Positions 14,167-24,951 of a stretch of 64,000 nucleotides of DNA are shown piece by piece (position 1 is the first letter of the stretch; each line of letters opens with the position of its first letter). A program made the position numbers and the translations under genes. The stretch covers positions 124,001 to 188,000 of the forward strand of contig NGBS01000583.1 of assembly GCA_002245135.1 (NCBI GenBank), read 5' to 3'. The notes under the pieces are model-generated. The model was not told where the DNA came from and did no database searches. It saw nothing but the letters and a program-made list of their open reading frames with translations. This DNA is from Proteromonas lacertae. Taxonomy: Eukaryota.

Positions 14167-15747
14167 TTATTTAAGTTCAATTTTAAGGTATTCTTTTTTA
14201 CCAGTTTGTCGATCTTTCACTTCTATTGTTAAAACACCATTTTCATCTACTTGGTACAATGTATCGATTATATATGAAGCAGCTTCTGCATTTTTTTTAG
14301 GAATCATAAATGGTTTACTATCTAATCGTTTAATTCCTGAATCAGAAGGATATTTACCTTCACCTTCAAATACACTGATGTCTATATGATCAGCTCCATA
14401 TTCAGCATTAGCAAAACTCAGTGTTTCTTTACTTTCAAACGGGATTTTTGTATTCTTCTTAATAAGAGGATATAATACAGTTTTACCTTCTTCTTCTACA
14501 TCAGTAGACAAAGTGTGACTAATAATATCTTGTATTTCAAAATGCATATCTTCTAAATTAGCATATAAACATGCACCATAAGCTACAACTTCATCAGGAT
14601 TAATATTTTTACACACTTTGGTATTAGTTTTAAATCTTTCGTTTAACAACTGTTGTACTTTGGGTATTCTACTAGATCCACCAACTAATACTAATAAATC
14701 AATATCTTCATCTTTCAAATTGGCACTTTTAACTGCAGAATCAACTATTGCCATTGTGTTATTAAATAAGGATTTATTAATATCATTAAAGTTAGCTACT
14801 GTTAATGTTGTATCAATTCCTTCATCTTCTAATGTTTCACATTCAACTGTAGCTTCTGTAATACCTTCAGCACTTAATAAACATTTAGTTGATTCACAAT
14901 TTTTCTTCAACTTGAATTGCTGTTTAGGATTCATTTCATGACCTGTTTCTGTTTGATATTTATCAAGGAAGTATTCCACTAATTTTTGATCGATATCTTC
15001 ACCGCCTAAATGAGAATCACCACCTGTAGCAATGACTGTTATTACACGAGTTTTGAAATTGATTCTAATTATTGAGACATCAAATGTTCCTCCACCAAAA
15101 TCATATATTAATAATGTCTCTTCATCTTTACCTTTTGCTTTGCCTTTGTTCACTTCTTCTATTCGTTGATATGCATAGGCAATTGCAGCTGCTGTTGGTT
15201 CATTAATTATTTTTATTACTTTCAAATTCGCATTCTTCGCAGCTTCTATTGTATTTTGTCTTTGTTGATTGTTGAAATAAGCTGGAACTGTTACTACTGC
15301 TTCAGTAGGTAAATTACTATCTTGACCATAGTATTGATCAGCTCTTTCTTTTATTTTCTTCAATACATCAGCGGATATATCATTGGCTGATTTTTGGATT
15401 GTCTTTTTATTGAATGCTAACTCCACCAGTGGTTCACCATTCTTACCTTCAACTACTGTAAATGGCCAATGCTTCATATCATTCTTTAGTTTTGGATCAT
15501 TGAACTTTCTTCCTATAAAACGTTTTGAGTCATAAGCAGAATGACCAATTGATTTAGGATTTATTTTAGCTGCAGTACCAACCACAATCTCATCTTTATC
15601 AGGATTGTAATATACATAAGAAGGAATTGTTTTGCCTCCTTCATTGTATGGAACTAAATCCACCTTTTTATTTTTAAATATTCCACAGCAGGAATAGGTG
15701 GTACCTAAATCTATTCCAATCTTACCAGGATTAACTCTTTCTGTCAT
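14167..15747 (-). CDS. Atypical Hsp70, copy 2
   Basis: Same Hsp70 motifs; likely start MTERVNPGK at 15747 by comparison with paralogs. Confidence 0.92.
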   Translation of the reverse strand: MTERVNPGKIGIDLGTTYSCCGIFKNKKVDLVPYNEGGKTIPSYVYYNPDKDEIVVGTAAKINPKSIGHSAYDSKRFIGRKFNDPKLKNDMKHWPFTVVEGKNGEPLVELAFNKKTIQKSANDISADVLKKIKERADQYYGQDSNLPTEAVVTVPAYFNNQQRQNTIEAAKNANLKVIKIINEPTAAAIAYAYQRIEEVNKGKAKGKDEETLLIYDFGGGTFDVSIIRINFKTRVITVIATGGDSHLGGEDIDQKLVEYFLDKYQTETGHEMNPKQQFKLKKNCESTKCLLSAEGITEATVECETLEDEGIDTTLTVANFNDINKSLFNNTMAIVDSAVKSANLKDEDIDLLVLVGGSSRIPKVQQLLNERFKTNTKVCKNINPDEVVAYGACLYANLEDMHFEIQDIISHTLSTDVEEEGKTVLYPLIKKNTKIPFESKETLSFANAEYGADHIDISVFEGEGKYPSDSGIKRLDSKPFMIPKKNAEAASYIIDTLYQVDENGVLTIEVKDRQTGKKEYLKIELK

Positions 15748-15923
15748 TTTAACTACTATTAATAGTGTAAAGTTGATGATGATCAAGCCTTCAAACTTTT
15801 TTTTATTTCTTTTTTTAAAAAGAGAAGAAATACATTAGATATAAGGGAAGTTGGTTATTATAATTTTATACTTATTATATATACAAATCATCTAATGAAA
15901 TATAATGATTATATTACCACAAC

Positions 15924-17567
15924 TTATTTAAGTTCGATTTTGAGGGTTTGATTATCACCAGTTTGTTTATCTTTCACTTCTATTGTTAATACACCATTTT
16001 CATCTACTTTATATTTTGTTTCTATCACATAAGAAGCAGCTTTAACACCAGATCTTGGAATTTTGAATGGAACACTTTTCAATTCTTTTATAGCTTTATC
16101 AGAAGGATATTCACCTTCTCCTTCATATACACTTATGTCTATATGATCAGCTCCATCTTCTGCATTTGCAAAGCATATAGATTTTTCACTTTCATAAGGT
16201 AGTTGAGTATTTTTCTTAATAAGAGGATATAATACAGTTTTATCTCCTTTTTCTACATCAGTTGAGATTGTGTGAGTAATAACATCTTGTACTTTCTCAA
16301 TTATTTTATATGATTTTTCTTTATCATCAACTAAATTAGCAAATAAACAAGCACCATTAGCTACAACTTCATCAGGATTTATGTCTTTACATAGAACTGT
16401 AGTTGGAGGAAATTTATTCCTTAACAACTCTTGAACTTTTGGTATTCTACTAGATCCACCAACTAATACTAAAAAATCAATATCCTTAGTTGACAATCCA
16501 GCATCAGCTAACACATCATCAACCATCTTCATTGTACTTGAATATATTTTCTTAATATTTCTATTACTAATCTCTTCGTCATTGTAAAGTTTTAAATCAT
16601 TGTTCGCTTGTTCCAATTCATTTATACTATCAAATTGAACTTTGCTAACTGTTGAATCTATGTCTTCATCTTCTAATGGCTCCCATTCAACTATTGCTTC
16701 TCCATTTCCATCAGAACTTAATAAACACTTTGTATCTTCACATTTCTTCTTTAATTTAAACATCTTATCTGGTTTTACTGTTTTTTTATATCTTTTTAAG
16801 ATTAAATCAACTAATCTTTGATCAATATCTTCTCCACCTAAATGAGAATCACCACCTGTAGCAATGACTGTTATTACACGAGTTTTGAAATTGATTCTAA
16901 TTATTGAGACATCAAATGTTCCTCCACCAAAATCATATATTAATAATGTCTCTTCATCTTTACCTTTTGCTTTGCCTTTGTTCACTTCTTCTATTCGTTG
17001 ATATGCATAGGCAATTGCAGCTGCTGTTGGTTCATTAATTATTTTTATTACTTTCAAATTCGCATTCTTTGCAGCTTCTATTGTATTTTGTCTTTGTTGA
17101 TTGTTGAAATAAGCTGGAACTGTTACTACTGCTTCAGTAGGTAAATCAGGATTTTGACCTATAAAAGTATCAGCAGTAAATTTGATTTTCTTTAATATCT
17201 CAGTCGAAATATCATTGGCTGTTAAGTGTATGACTTTTTCATTGTGTTCTAATTCAACAATTGGTTCATTATTTTCACCTTTTATTACCTTAAATGGCCA
17301 ATGTTTTATATCTTCTTGAATTTCAGGATCATCGAATTCTCTACCAATAAATCTCTTTGAATCAAATACATCATGACCAATTGCTTTTGGATTGTTTTTA
17401 GCAGCATTTCCTATAGTTATTTCTGGTGTTTTAGGATTATAGAAAACATGAGAGGGAATAGTCTTTGTACCTTCATTATATGGTATTAATTCGACTGTAC
17501 CATTTTTAAATACTCCACAACATGAATAAGTAGTACCTAAATCTATCCCAATCTTTCCAGGATTCAT
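15924..17567 (-). CDS. Atypical Hsp70, copy 3
   Basis: Same motifs; carries a ~20-aa insertion (LEQANNDLKLYNDEEISNRNI) in the ATPase domain. Confidence 0.92.
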   Translation of the reverse strand: MNPGKIGIDLGTTYSCCGVFKNGTVELIPYNEGTKTIPSHVFYNPKTPEITIGNAAKNNPKAIGHDVFDSKRFIGREFDDPEIQEDIKHWPFKVIKGENNEPIVELEHNEKVIHLTANDISTEILKKIKFTADTFIGQNPDLPTEAVVTVPAYFNNQQRQNTIEAAKNANLKVIKIINEPTAAAIAYAYQRIEEVNKGKAKGKDEETLLIYDFGGGTFDVSIIRINFKTRVITVIATGGDSHLGGEDIDQRLVDLILKRYKKTVKPDKMFKLKKKCEDTKCLLSSDGNGEAIVEWEPLEDEDIDSTVSKVQFDSINELEQANNDLKLYNDEEISNRNIKKIYSSTMKMVDDVLADAGLSTKDIDFLVLVGGSSRIPKVQELLRNKFPPTTVLCKDINPDEVVANGACLFANLVDDKEKSYKIIEKVQDVITHTISTDVEKGDKTVLYPLIKKNTQLPYESEKSICFANAEDGADHIDISVYEGEGEYPSDKAIKELKSVPFKIPRSGVKAASYVIETKYKVDENGVLTIEVKDKQTGDNQTLKIELK

Positions 17568-17680
17568 TTCTAAAATTTTGGAATTTTAACGAAATTTTTC
17601 AAACACCAAAATATTGAAAAACAAAAATATGAATGGTTGAATGAAAATAATTTAATAATAATAACTAATTCAATTATTGT

Positions 17681-19240
17681 TTATTTAAGTTCGATTTTGA
17701 GAGTTTCAGTTTTACCAGTTTGTTTATCTTTCACTTCTATTGTTAATACACCATTTTCATCTACTTTATATTTTGTTTCTATCACATAAGAAGCAGCTTT
17801 AACACCAGATTTTGGAATTTTGAATGGAACACTTTTCAATTCTTTTATACCTTTATCAGAAGGATATTCACCTTCTCCTTCAAATACACTTATATCTATA
17901 TGATCAGCTCCATCTTCTGCATTTGCAAAACAAAGTGGTTCTTTACTTTCATAAGGTAGTTGAGTATTTTTCTTAATAAGAGGATATAATACAGTTTTAC
18001 CACCTTTTTCTACATCTGTTGAGATAGTATGTGATATAATATCTTGTACTTCAAAATGCATATTATCTAAATTAGCATATAAACAAGCTCCATAAGCAAC
18101 TACTTCATCAGGATTTATGTCTTTACATAGAACTGTAGTTTTAGGGAATTTATTCCTTAACAACTCTTGTACTTTTGGTATTCTACTAGATCCACCAACT
18201 AATACCAAATAATTAATACTTTCTTTTGACAAACCAGTATCAGCTAATACTTTATCAACTATAACCATAGTTTTATCAAATACTTCTCTATTAATTTTAT
18301 TAAAATCTGGTTTTGTTAATGTTGTATCAACTCCAGCATCTTCTAAAGGCTCCCAATCTACAACAGCTTCTTCATTTCCTTCTGCACTTAATAAGCATTT
18401 TGTTGATTCACAGGTTTTCTTTAATTTGAATTGTTTCTTTACATTTACATCTTTACCACATTTGCTTTTGTATAGTTCAAGGTAGTGATTAACTAAATTC
18501 TGATCAATATCTTCTCCACCTAAATGAGAATCACCATCTGTGGCTAATACTGTGATTTTCTTTGAATCAAAGTTAATTGTTATTATTGAGACATCAAATG
18601 TTCCTCCACCAAAATCATATATCAATAAAGTATCAGTTCCAGATCCTTTACCACCTTGTTGAATACGTTGATATGCATAAGCAATTGCAGCTGCTGTTGG
18701 TTCGTTGATTATTTTTATTACTTTTAATCCAGCTTTTTCACCAGCTTCTATTGTATTTTGTCTTTGTTGATTGTTGAAATAAGCTGGAACTGTTATAACT
18801 GCTTCTGTTTTACTTTTTAAATTTTGCCCATAATATGAATCTGCAGCTTCTTTAATCTTTTTCAATATCTCAGTTGAAATATCATTGGCTGTTAATTCAA
18901 CTACTCTTTTGTTATACTTTACTTTAACAATTGGTTCTCCTTGTGGACCTCTTACTACTTCAAACGGCCAATGATCTTTATCATTCTGAATTTCAGGATC
19001 ATCGTATTTTTTACCAATAAATCTCTTTGAATCATAAACTGTTTGACCAACAGATTTAATGTTGTTCTTTGCAGCATTTCCAACAGCTATCTCATCTGTA
19101 TCAGGATTATAATAAACATGAGAAGCTATTGTCTTTGTTCCCTCATTATATGGTACTAGTTCGACTCTACCACTTTTAAATACACCACAGCAACAAAAAG
19201 TAGTACCTAAATCTATTCCTATCTTTCCAGGATTTAACAT
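17681..19240 (-). CDS. Atypical Hsp70, copy 4
   Basis: Same motifs (GIDLGTTFC variant); 519 aa, intronless. Confidence 0.92.
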   Translation of the reverse strand: MLNPGKIGIDLGTTFCCCGVFKSGRVELVPYNEGTKTIASHVYYNPDTDEIAVGNAAKNNIKSVGQTVYDSKRFIGKKYDDPEIQNDKDHWPFEVVRGPQGEPIVKVKYNKRVVELTANDISTEILKKIKEAADSYYGQNLKSKTEAVITVPAYFNNQQRQNTIEAGEKAGLKVIKIINEPTAAAIAYAYQRIQQGGKGSGTDTLLIYDFGGGTFDVSIITINFDSKKITVLATDGDSHLGGEDIDQNLVNHYLELYKSKCGKDVNVKKQFKLKKTCESTKCLLSAEGNEEAVVDWEPLEDAGVDTTLTKPDFNKINREVFDKTMVIVDKVLADTGLSKESINYLVLVGGSSRIPKVQELLRNKFPKTTVLCKDINPDEVVAYGACLYANLDNMHFEVQDIISHTISTDVEKGGKTVLYPLIKKNTQLPYESKEPLCFANAEDGADHIDISVFEGEGEYPSDKGIKELKSVPFKIPKSGVKAASYVIETKYKVDENGVLTIEVKDKQTGKTETLKIELK

Positions 19241-19522
19241 TTCTAAAATTCAAACGAAATTTCAAGTCAAACCCTCAATCTTTATTTATATTAACACTAG
19301 AGGTTATGATATATTTAAAAAATATTTATGTAGGTAAATTCAAATTTGAAAGAATTATGATAATATCAAGTCTACATGAGAAGAAAAATGGATTTGAATA
19401 TTTAAAAGAAAAAGCTTGGCTTGATAAATCACAGTTTGTTTTTGTTTTTTTAAAAATAAGCATATCGATTGAAAGACATTTAAGTCAAATATATGTATTC
19501 CGGATACCAGAGTTCATATAAA

Positions 19523-22248
19523 ATGAGAACTCCAAATCCTAGAGAGCTTGATCCAAATTATATTGTTCCTGCTGCAGATGTTCAAGTAGACTTTTATTAT
19601 AATATTATTTAGGGATTAAAGAACCAAGTGTTGCAATTGAGAAGAGATTTAGAGACAAGAATATCAGCTGAGGAAAGATTAAAGGTATGATTACTAATGA
19701 GTTATATTAAATACTAGGATATTAATGAGCAATTGCGTAGGAGATTAGAAGAGTATCAAAGACAAAATGAAGAGAATTATCAGATATCTGAAGCTAATAG
19801 GATTGAGCTTGAACAAGAATTAGAAGAGTTATCTCTCCAAGAAAAGTATTCATTTGCAACTGTTTATATTTGTCAATAGTGATTTAAGAGCAGAAGTAAT
19901 GAAATTACAGCAAGAAAGAAAAGAATACGATGAAAAACTTGCAAAAATGAGCAATCAGAAAGAAGCAGCTGGAGATTATGAAAGTCAACTATCATCATTT
20001 ATAGAAAAGAACAAACAATTAGAAAATGAGTTGAAAGATACACAAGAGAAGATTAATAAATTATCTGAACAGTACAACCATGCAGTAGAAAAGTCTCAAG
20101 AATATGAAGAAATATTAGGAAGAATATATATCCCAGAAGAATTAGAAGAAAAAGTAGAAACATTTTATAATAACAAAATCAAATCCAAATACTTCAATCT
20201 CTTATTTAACCAAGTAAATAAACAGAAATATATGAAATTAATCCAACAAAGAAATAGACAAATGAGAAATATGGAGTTACTAAGGAGAGTATTTTCAAAA
20301 TGGCAAATATATCATCAACATAAAGTAATAGATAAAACAGCTCAGTTATATCATCAGAAACTACTTGAAAAGAGAATAAAACAACAATATTATGAAAAAT
20401 GGAGAAAGGCATATTATGCTAGAAATCTAACAATTGATGAAGAAAGAATATTGACTGGAAAGGCTTATTACTATTTCCTATCAATTGTATTTAAACATTG
20501 GAAAAGGATATATAATAATAATAAAATCATTCAAACAAATGCACCAAAGTTTTTATTGAAGAGATATTTGTGTATGTGGAGAGTGAATTTTGATAGAAGA
20601 TGTGATATGATTATAAAATACAATACTGCTGTTAATCATTATAAAACAACTAATCTAATGAAGTATAGATATTTATATTATTATTATATGAAATAGAGGA
20701 ATGAATAGATTAATACCATTTCTACAGAGAGCAAGAATAATGAAAGAACAGAATCAAAGAAGTTATTTATTTTGGAAGAATAATCAACAATTAAAGACAA
20801 TTAATCATTTATATATGAAAGTAAAGTATCATAAGTTATATAGATCATTAAAGAAAGTATTATATATTACTTATATATTTATTTATTTAGATAAATTATC
20901 ATATTCGTTTATCATTTATATTTTCCAATTGGAAAAAAGCAATAGAAATACAAAAGGAGAATATGAAACATAAAATGGAAATGGATAATAAATGTGATAA
21001 ATATATTAAACATAAATTCTTTATAATTTGGTTATCTCATATCTCAGCATCACAGAAGAATGATGAAATAAGGAAAAAGAGAGAAATTGAATTACTTCGC
21101 CATATAATGAGTAAATGGCATAATATTGCTAAATATAGAAAGAGATTAGAATACTTTGGTGTATATATATATATTATGTATTTATTATATTATAATAGAA
21201 ATTAATACAAAGAAATGATTTCAAACACAATAGCAAATTGATTGGAACAGTATTTTATGCATGGTATGAGAGATGTAAAAGAGAAAAAAGAAATAGAAAT
21301 ATCTCTGATAACCTAATGAAAATACATTATAAGAAAATGTTGAATAGATATTATCGTAAATGGTGTAGATATATAATAGTAGAATTAATGAAAAAGCAAA
21401 AACAGAAGGAAGTTCAATTACAACAAGTCACACAGAATTCCTCAGCTTTAGAAGAAGAAAACATGAAATTAGTCACTTATCTTCAAGAATTAACCAGAGA
21501 AGCAGCAGAAATGAGAGGAATTATTGAAAAGAATAAAGAATTAAAAGAAGAAACTGAATTAGGAGCAAAAAGAGCTATTGAATGTGTTCAAGACTTGTCT
21601 AAACGAATTGAAAGAACTGAATTACTAATGGAAGAAGAAAGAATCAATAATTCAAAATTACATGAAAAATTACATAAATTAAGAAATGAAAAGGCAAATA
21701 GTGAAACAGAATCGTTATTCTTATCATCTCATATAAATGAATTAAACAGACAATTAGAAGATGCTGTACAATATCATAATTCATTAGAAAATCAAAAAAC
21801 TGAAGTTGAAAAACAATTAGATGAATTAAGAAAGACAAATGAACAACAATTGAAAGAAACTTTACAAACAAGTTTACAGTATAGAGATTTATTACAGCAA
21901 CATCAAGAAGCAATAATGAGATTGGAAAAAGAGAAAGATAATGTATTGAATCAAAATAAAGACTATCAAAAGAAATTAGAGATTACAAAAACTGAATTAG
22001 AAAAGGAAATATTATCGAAAACAACTGAATTGAGAACAACACAAGCAAAACAATCATTATTAAAAGAAAGAGAAGCTAAACAGTTTGGTGTATTAACAAA
22101 TCTACAGAATGAATTAAGTAGACAAAACTCTATTATAAGTGAGTTGAAATATGAAATATCTTTAAGAGATAATAATGATATAGAACACTTTGAAAGAATT
22201 CAAACAATTGAGAATAATCTAATGAAAAATATTGAATATAATAATAAT

Positions 22249-22291
<43 letters not shown>

Positions 22292-22387
22292 CTGATGTAT
22301 ATGATGAAGAACAGCCAAATGTTTTACCTCCTTCATCATCTGTTTATCAATCGATTGATTCATCAATGCCACCACCACCACCACCTC

Positions 22388-22425
<38 letters not shown>

Positions 22426-22683
22426 CCATTACCTCAACAACAAAATGTAAATGATTCAATACAACAACAAACACCAATCAATGTAACACCTTTCATTAAT
22501 AGCGATAATAAGTCGAGAAATAATTATATTACTCCAATAACACCCAAATTTGATCCATCCACTGTGAAACCACTTACAAGACCTAAGAGAATGAATCAAC
22601 AGAGTAATAATAATCTTTATAATGAAATCGAAATGATGCAAGCCAAGATTATGAAGAGGTTGAATACACCATTACCAAAATAA
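19523..22683 (+). CDS. Sfi1-repeat-like (centrin-binding) coiled-coil protein
   Basis: Recurrent F/Y-x-x-W repeats (VFSKW, YYEKW, VFKHW, YLCMW, FFIIW, IMSKW, VFYAW, YYRKW) between coiled coils; six short introns join the ORFs. Confidence 0.65.
22252..22425 (+). repeat. Coding microsatellites (AAT)n and (CAA)13 giving poly-Asn and poly-Gln
   Basis: (AAT) run at 22252-22287 and (CAA) run at 22387-22425; similar runs occur at about 6825-6855 and 10100-11600. Confidence 0.95.
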
Positions 22684-22784
22684 AATGTTAAAGATTTTAT
22701 GAAATATCAATTCATTTTTTTGATAGTTTTGAATTAGGGAAAAAAAAGAAAATATAGGTTTGAGGTTTGATCCATTTTTTTTAA

Positions 22785-24364
22785 ATGAGTTTTTTTTGTA
22801 TTGAATCTTGTTCTAATCGTTCTATAGATATATTTATTGCAATATTTATTGTTTTTTCTGTTGCTGAAGAGGTAGAAAAGAAGAATGAACAACAGCCTTA
22901 TGATGAAGAATATGATTATCTTGTTACAATAGAGAAAAAAGGTCCATTAGGATTTGAATTGGAATTTGGTATGTTTTAAATATAAAATTTAATAGTTAAT
23001 GGATATCTTCAAGTTACAAAGATTGTGCCTAAATCATTTGCTGATAAATGTGGTATGATAGAAGTTGGAGATAGATTAGTAGAAATTAATAATTATCCAT
23101 TAGAAGGAGTAGATTTAGTAAATTTTGCTGATATATTGGCAAAGAGTAACTATCCACGAGATTTAGTATTTTGTCCAATTCATCCATGGGATAGAGATGA
23201 AGCAGAAGAAAAAGTATATGAAGCAGAAGGTGTAGATGCAATTCCAAATGTATTAATATTTATTCCTTTTCTTTTTTTGTTTATAATGTATATATAGAAA
23301 GGTCAAATATATTTAAATGTAACCTCACCATTTATATCAACAGGCTTTTACAATCTGACAATATTACCATATGGTAAAGTACAAATCGAAGAAAAAACGA
23401 ATATAGAAATAACTGTGATTGATGACACTTATTGTAGACCTTCAAGTAGTGATAGATTTGATAATAAATATGTAATTGTATGGCGAGGACAATGTTCAAT
23501 GATAGAGAAAGCTAAATCCGTATTTAAACATGGAGGAAAAGGAATAATAATTGTGAATAACGTTTATAAAGATTTCAGTAAGTTACCATCATCGAATGAA
23601 AAGCCATTCACAGAGATTCCTATGTTATTTTTGGATTGGATTCCTGGAAGTTCATTAATAAAATCATTTTTACTAAATTCCGATGTAATGAAAGGATATT
23701 TGACATTTAATAGTATATAATTTATATTTTGTTATTAAATCAATTATTCTATTATAGATTCAACTTTACAATCAATTGAAATATCATCAAAATCTCAAGA
23801 GCAGAAAGCAGGTAGTTTAGGAACAGGTATTACAACCGATCCAAAGAAGAGAGGAAGTGCATTAAAAGAATGGTTAGCTCAAAAGAAGAATAAAAAAGCA
23901 GGCAAAGGATTAAAACAATCCTTACAATTATATTTTCAAACACCATATCATTTTTAATATTTGTTTATATATAAATTTATATTCTTTAATAATTTAGAAG
24001 TGGTAATTATTCCTTTGGCACAGTTCGAGCTGTATTTGGTAAGATTGCTCCAAACTATCCTTATCCAGTATTTTATGCCGAAAATGGTTGTTATGGGTTT
24101 AAACAAGATGTTCGAGGTGGTTTTATATTAGTAGATAGAGGAATGTGTGATTTTGACTTTAAGACAAAGAATATTCAACAAGTTGGTGGAGTTGGAAGTA
24201 TAATAATCAACAATGAGAATCAATTATATGAAATTCATGGTGGTAATGATGCTGATCAGATAAATATACCTACATATCTAATCCAAAGATCTGATGGTAA
24301 AATAATAAAGACTCTGTTATATGAAGGAACTCCTGTTTGTGTAAGAGTTTTAAACCAAACTTAA
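22785..24364 (+). CDS. PDZ domain plus two PA (protease-associated) domains, with a hydrophobic N-terminus
   Basis: PDZ: KKGPLGFEL..IEVGDRLVEINN. PA: IVWRGQCSMIEKAK..GGKGIIIVNN and LVDRGMCDFDFKTKNIQQVGGVGSIIINN. Three GT-AG introns and one AT-AG intron. Confidence 0.75.
23945..23997 (+). other. Putative AT-AG U12-type intron
   Basis: Donor ATATCATTTT, branch-like TTCTTTAAT just upstream of TAG; removal restores the frame into the second PA domain. Confidence 0.65.
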
Positions 24365-24951
24365 ATTAATTTATAAAATAAACTAAAATGTTTTTATTTT
24401 GGATATAGTGATGAAATATGAAAAAAATGAAATGACTATTGACATTTCACCATAATAAAGTTGAATTATTGGAGGTCTTATACCTCCTAAAATAAGAAAG
24501 AAAGTAGATAAGTCAATTAGAGATGTATTAGAATTAATATTTGAAGAGGATGATGAAGAATATGAAGTAAAAGATTCTTCTTTTCTCAACTTGAAATAGC
24601 GTATTCTTGAATTATATCCTCAAAATCTCTCAAATAATACTCTTCTCTGACATTCTAAATCCATTTCATGTTATATTTTCAAATAATCCACTCGATTAAA
24701 CTTATTTTACATCTATAATGAATTATTTTGAAACAATGATTATTTTCAATTGCAGTATAAAACATTCTATAATTTGCAACTTTATATTCCTAACATCATA
24801 TTTTTTGGTTATTTGATAGTTTTAAACTTTTACTTTGATTAGCATGCATTAGAATATCAATATTAAGATAATTAAAATCAGTAATACTATATTGGAGGCA
24901 TTAAATTCAATAAAAACTATTTTGAACTCAAACTTAGAATCAAACCTAGTT

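Noticed and set aside
24383..24860. Possible small minus-strand gene between the PDZ-PA and MEMO1 genes
   Set aside because: Multiple stops and no consistent splice model or recognisable motif.
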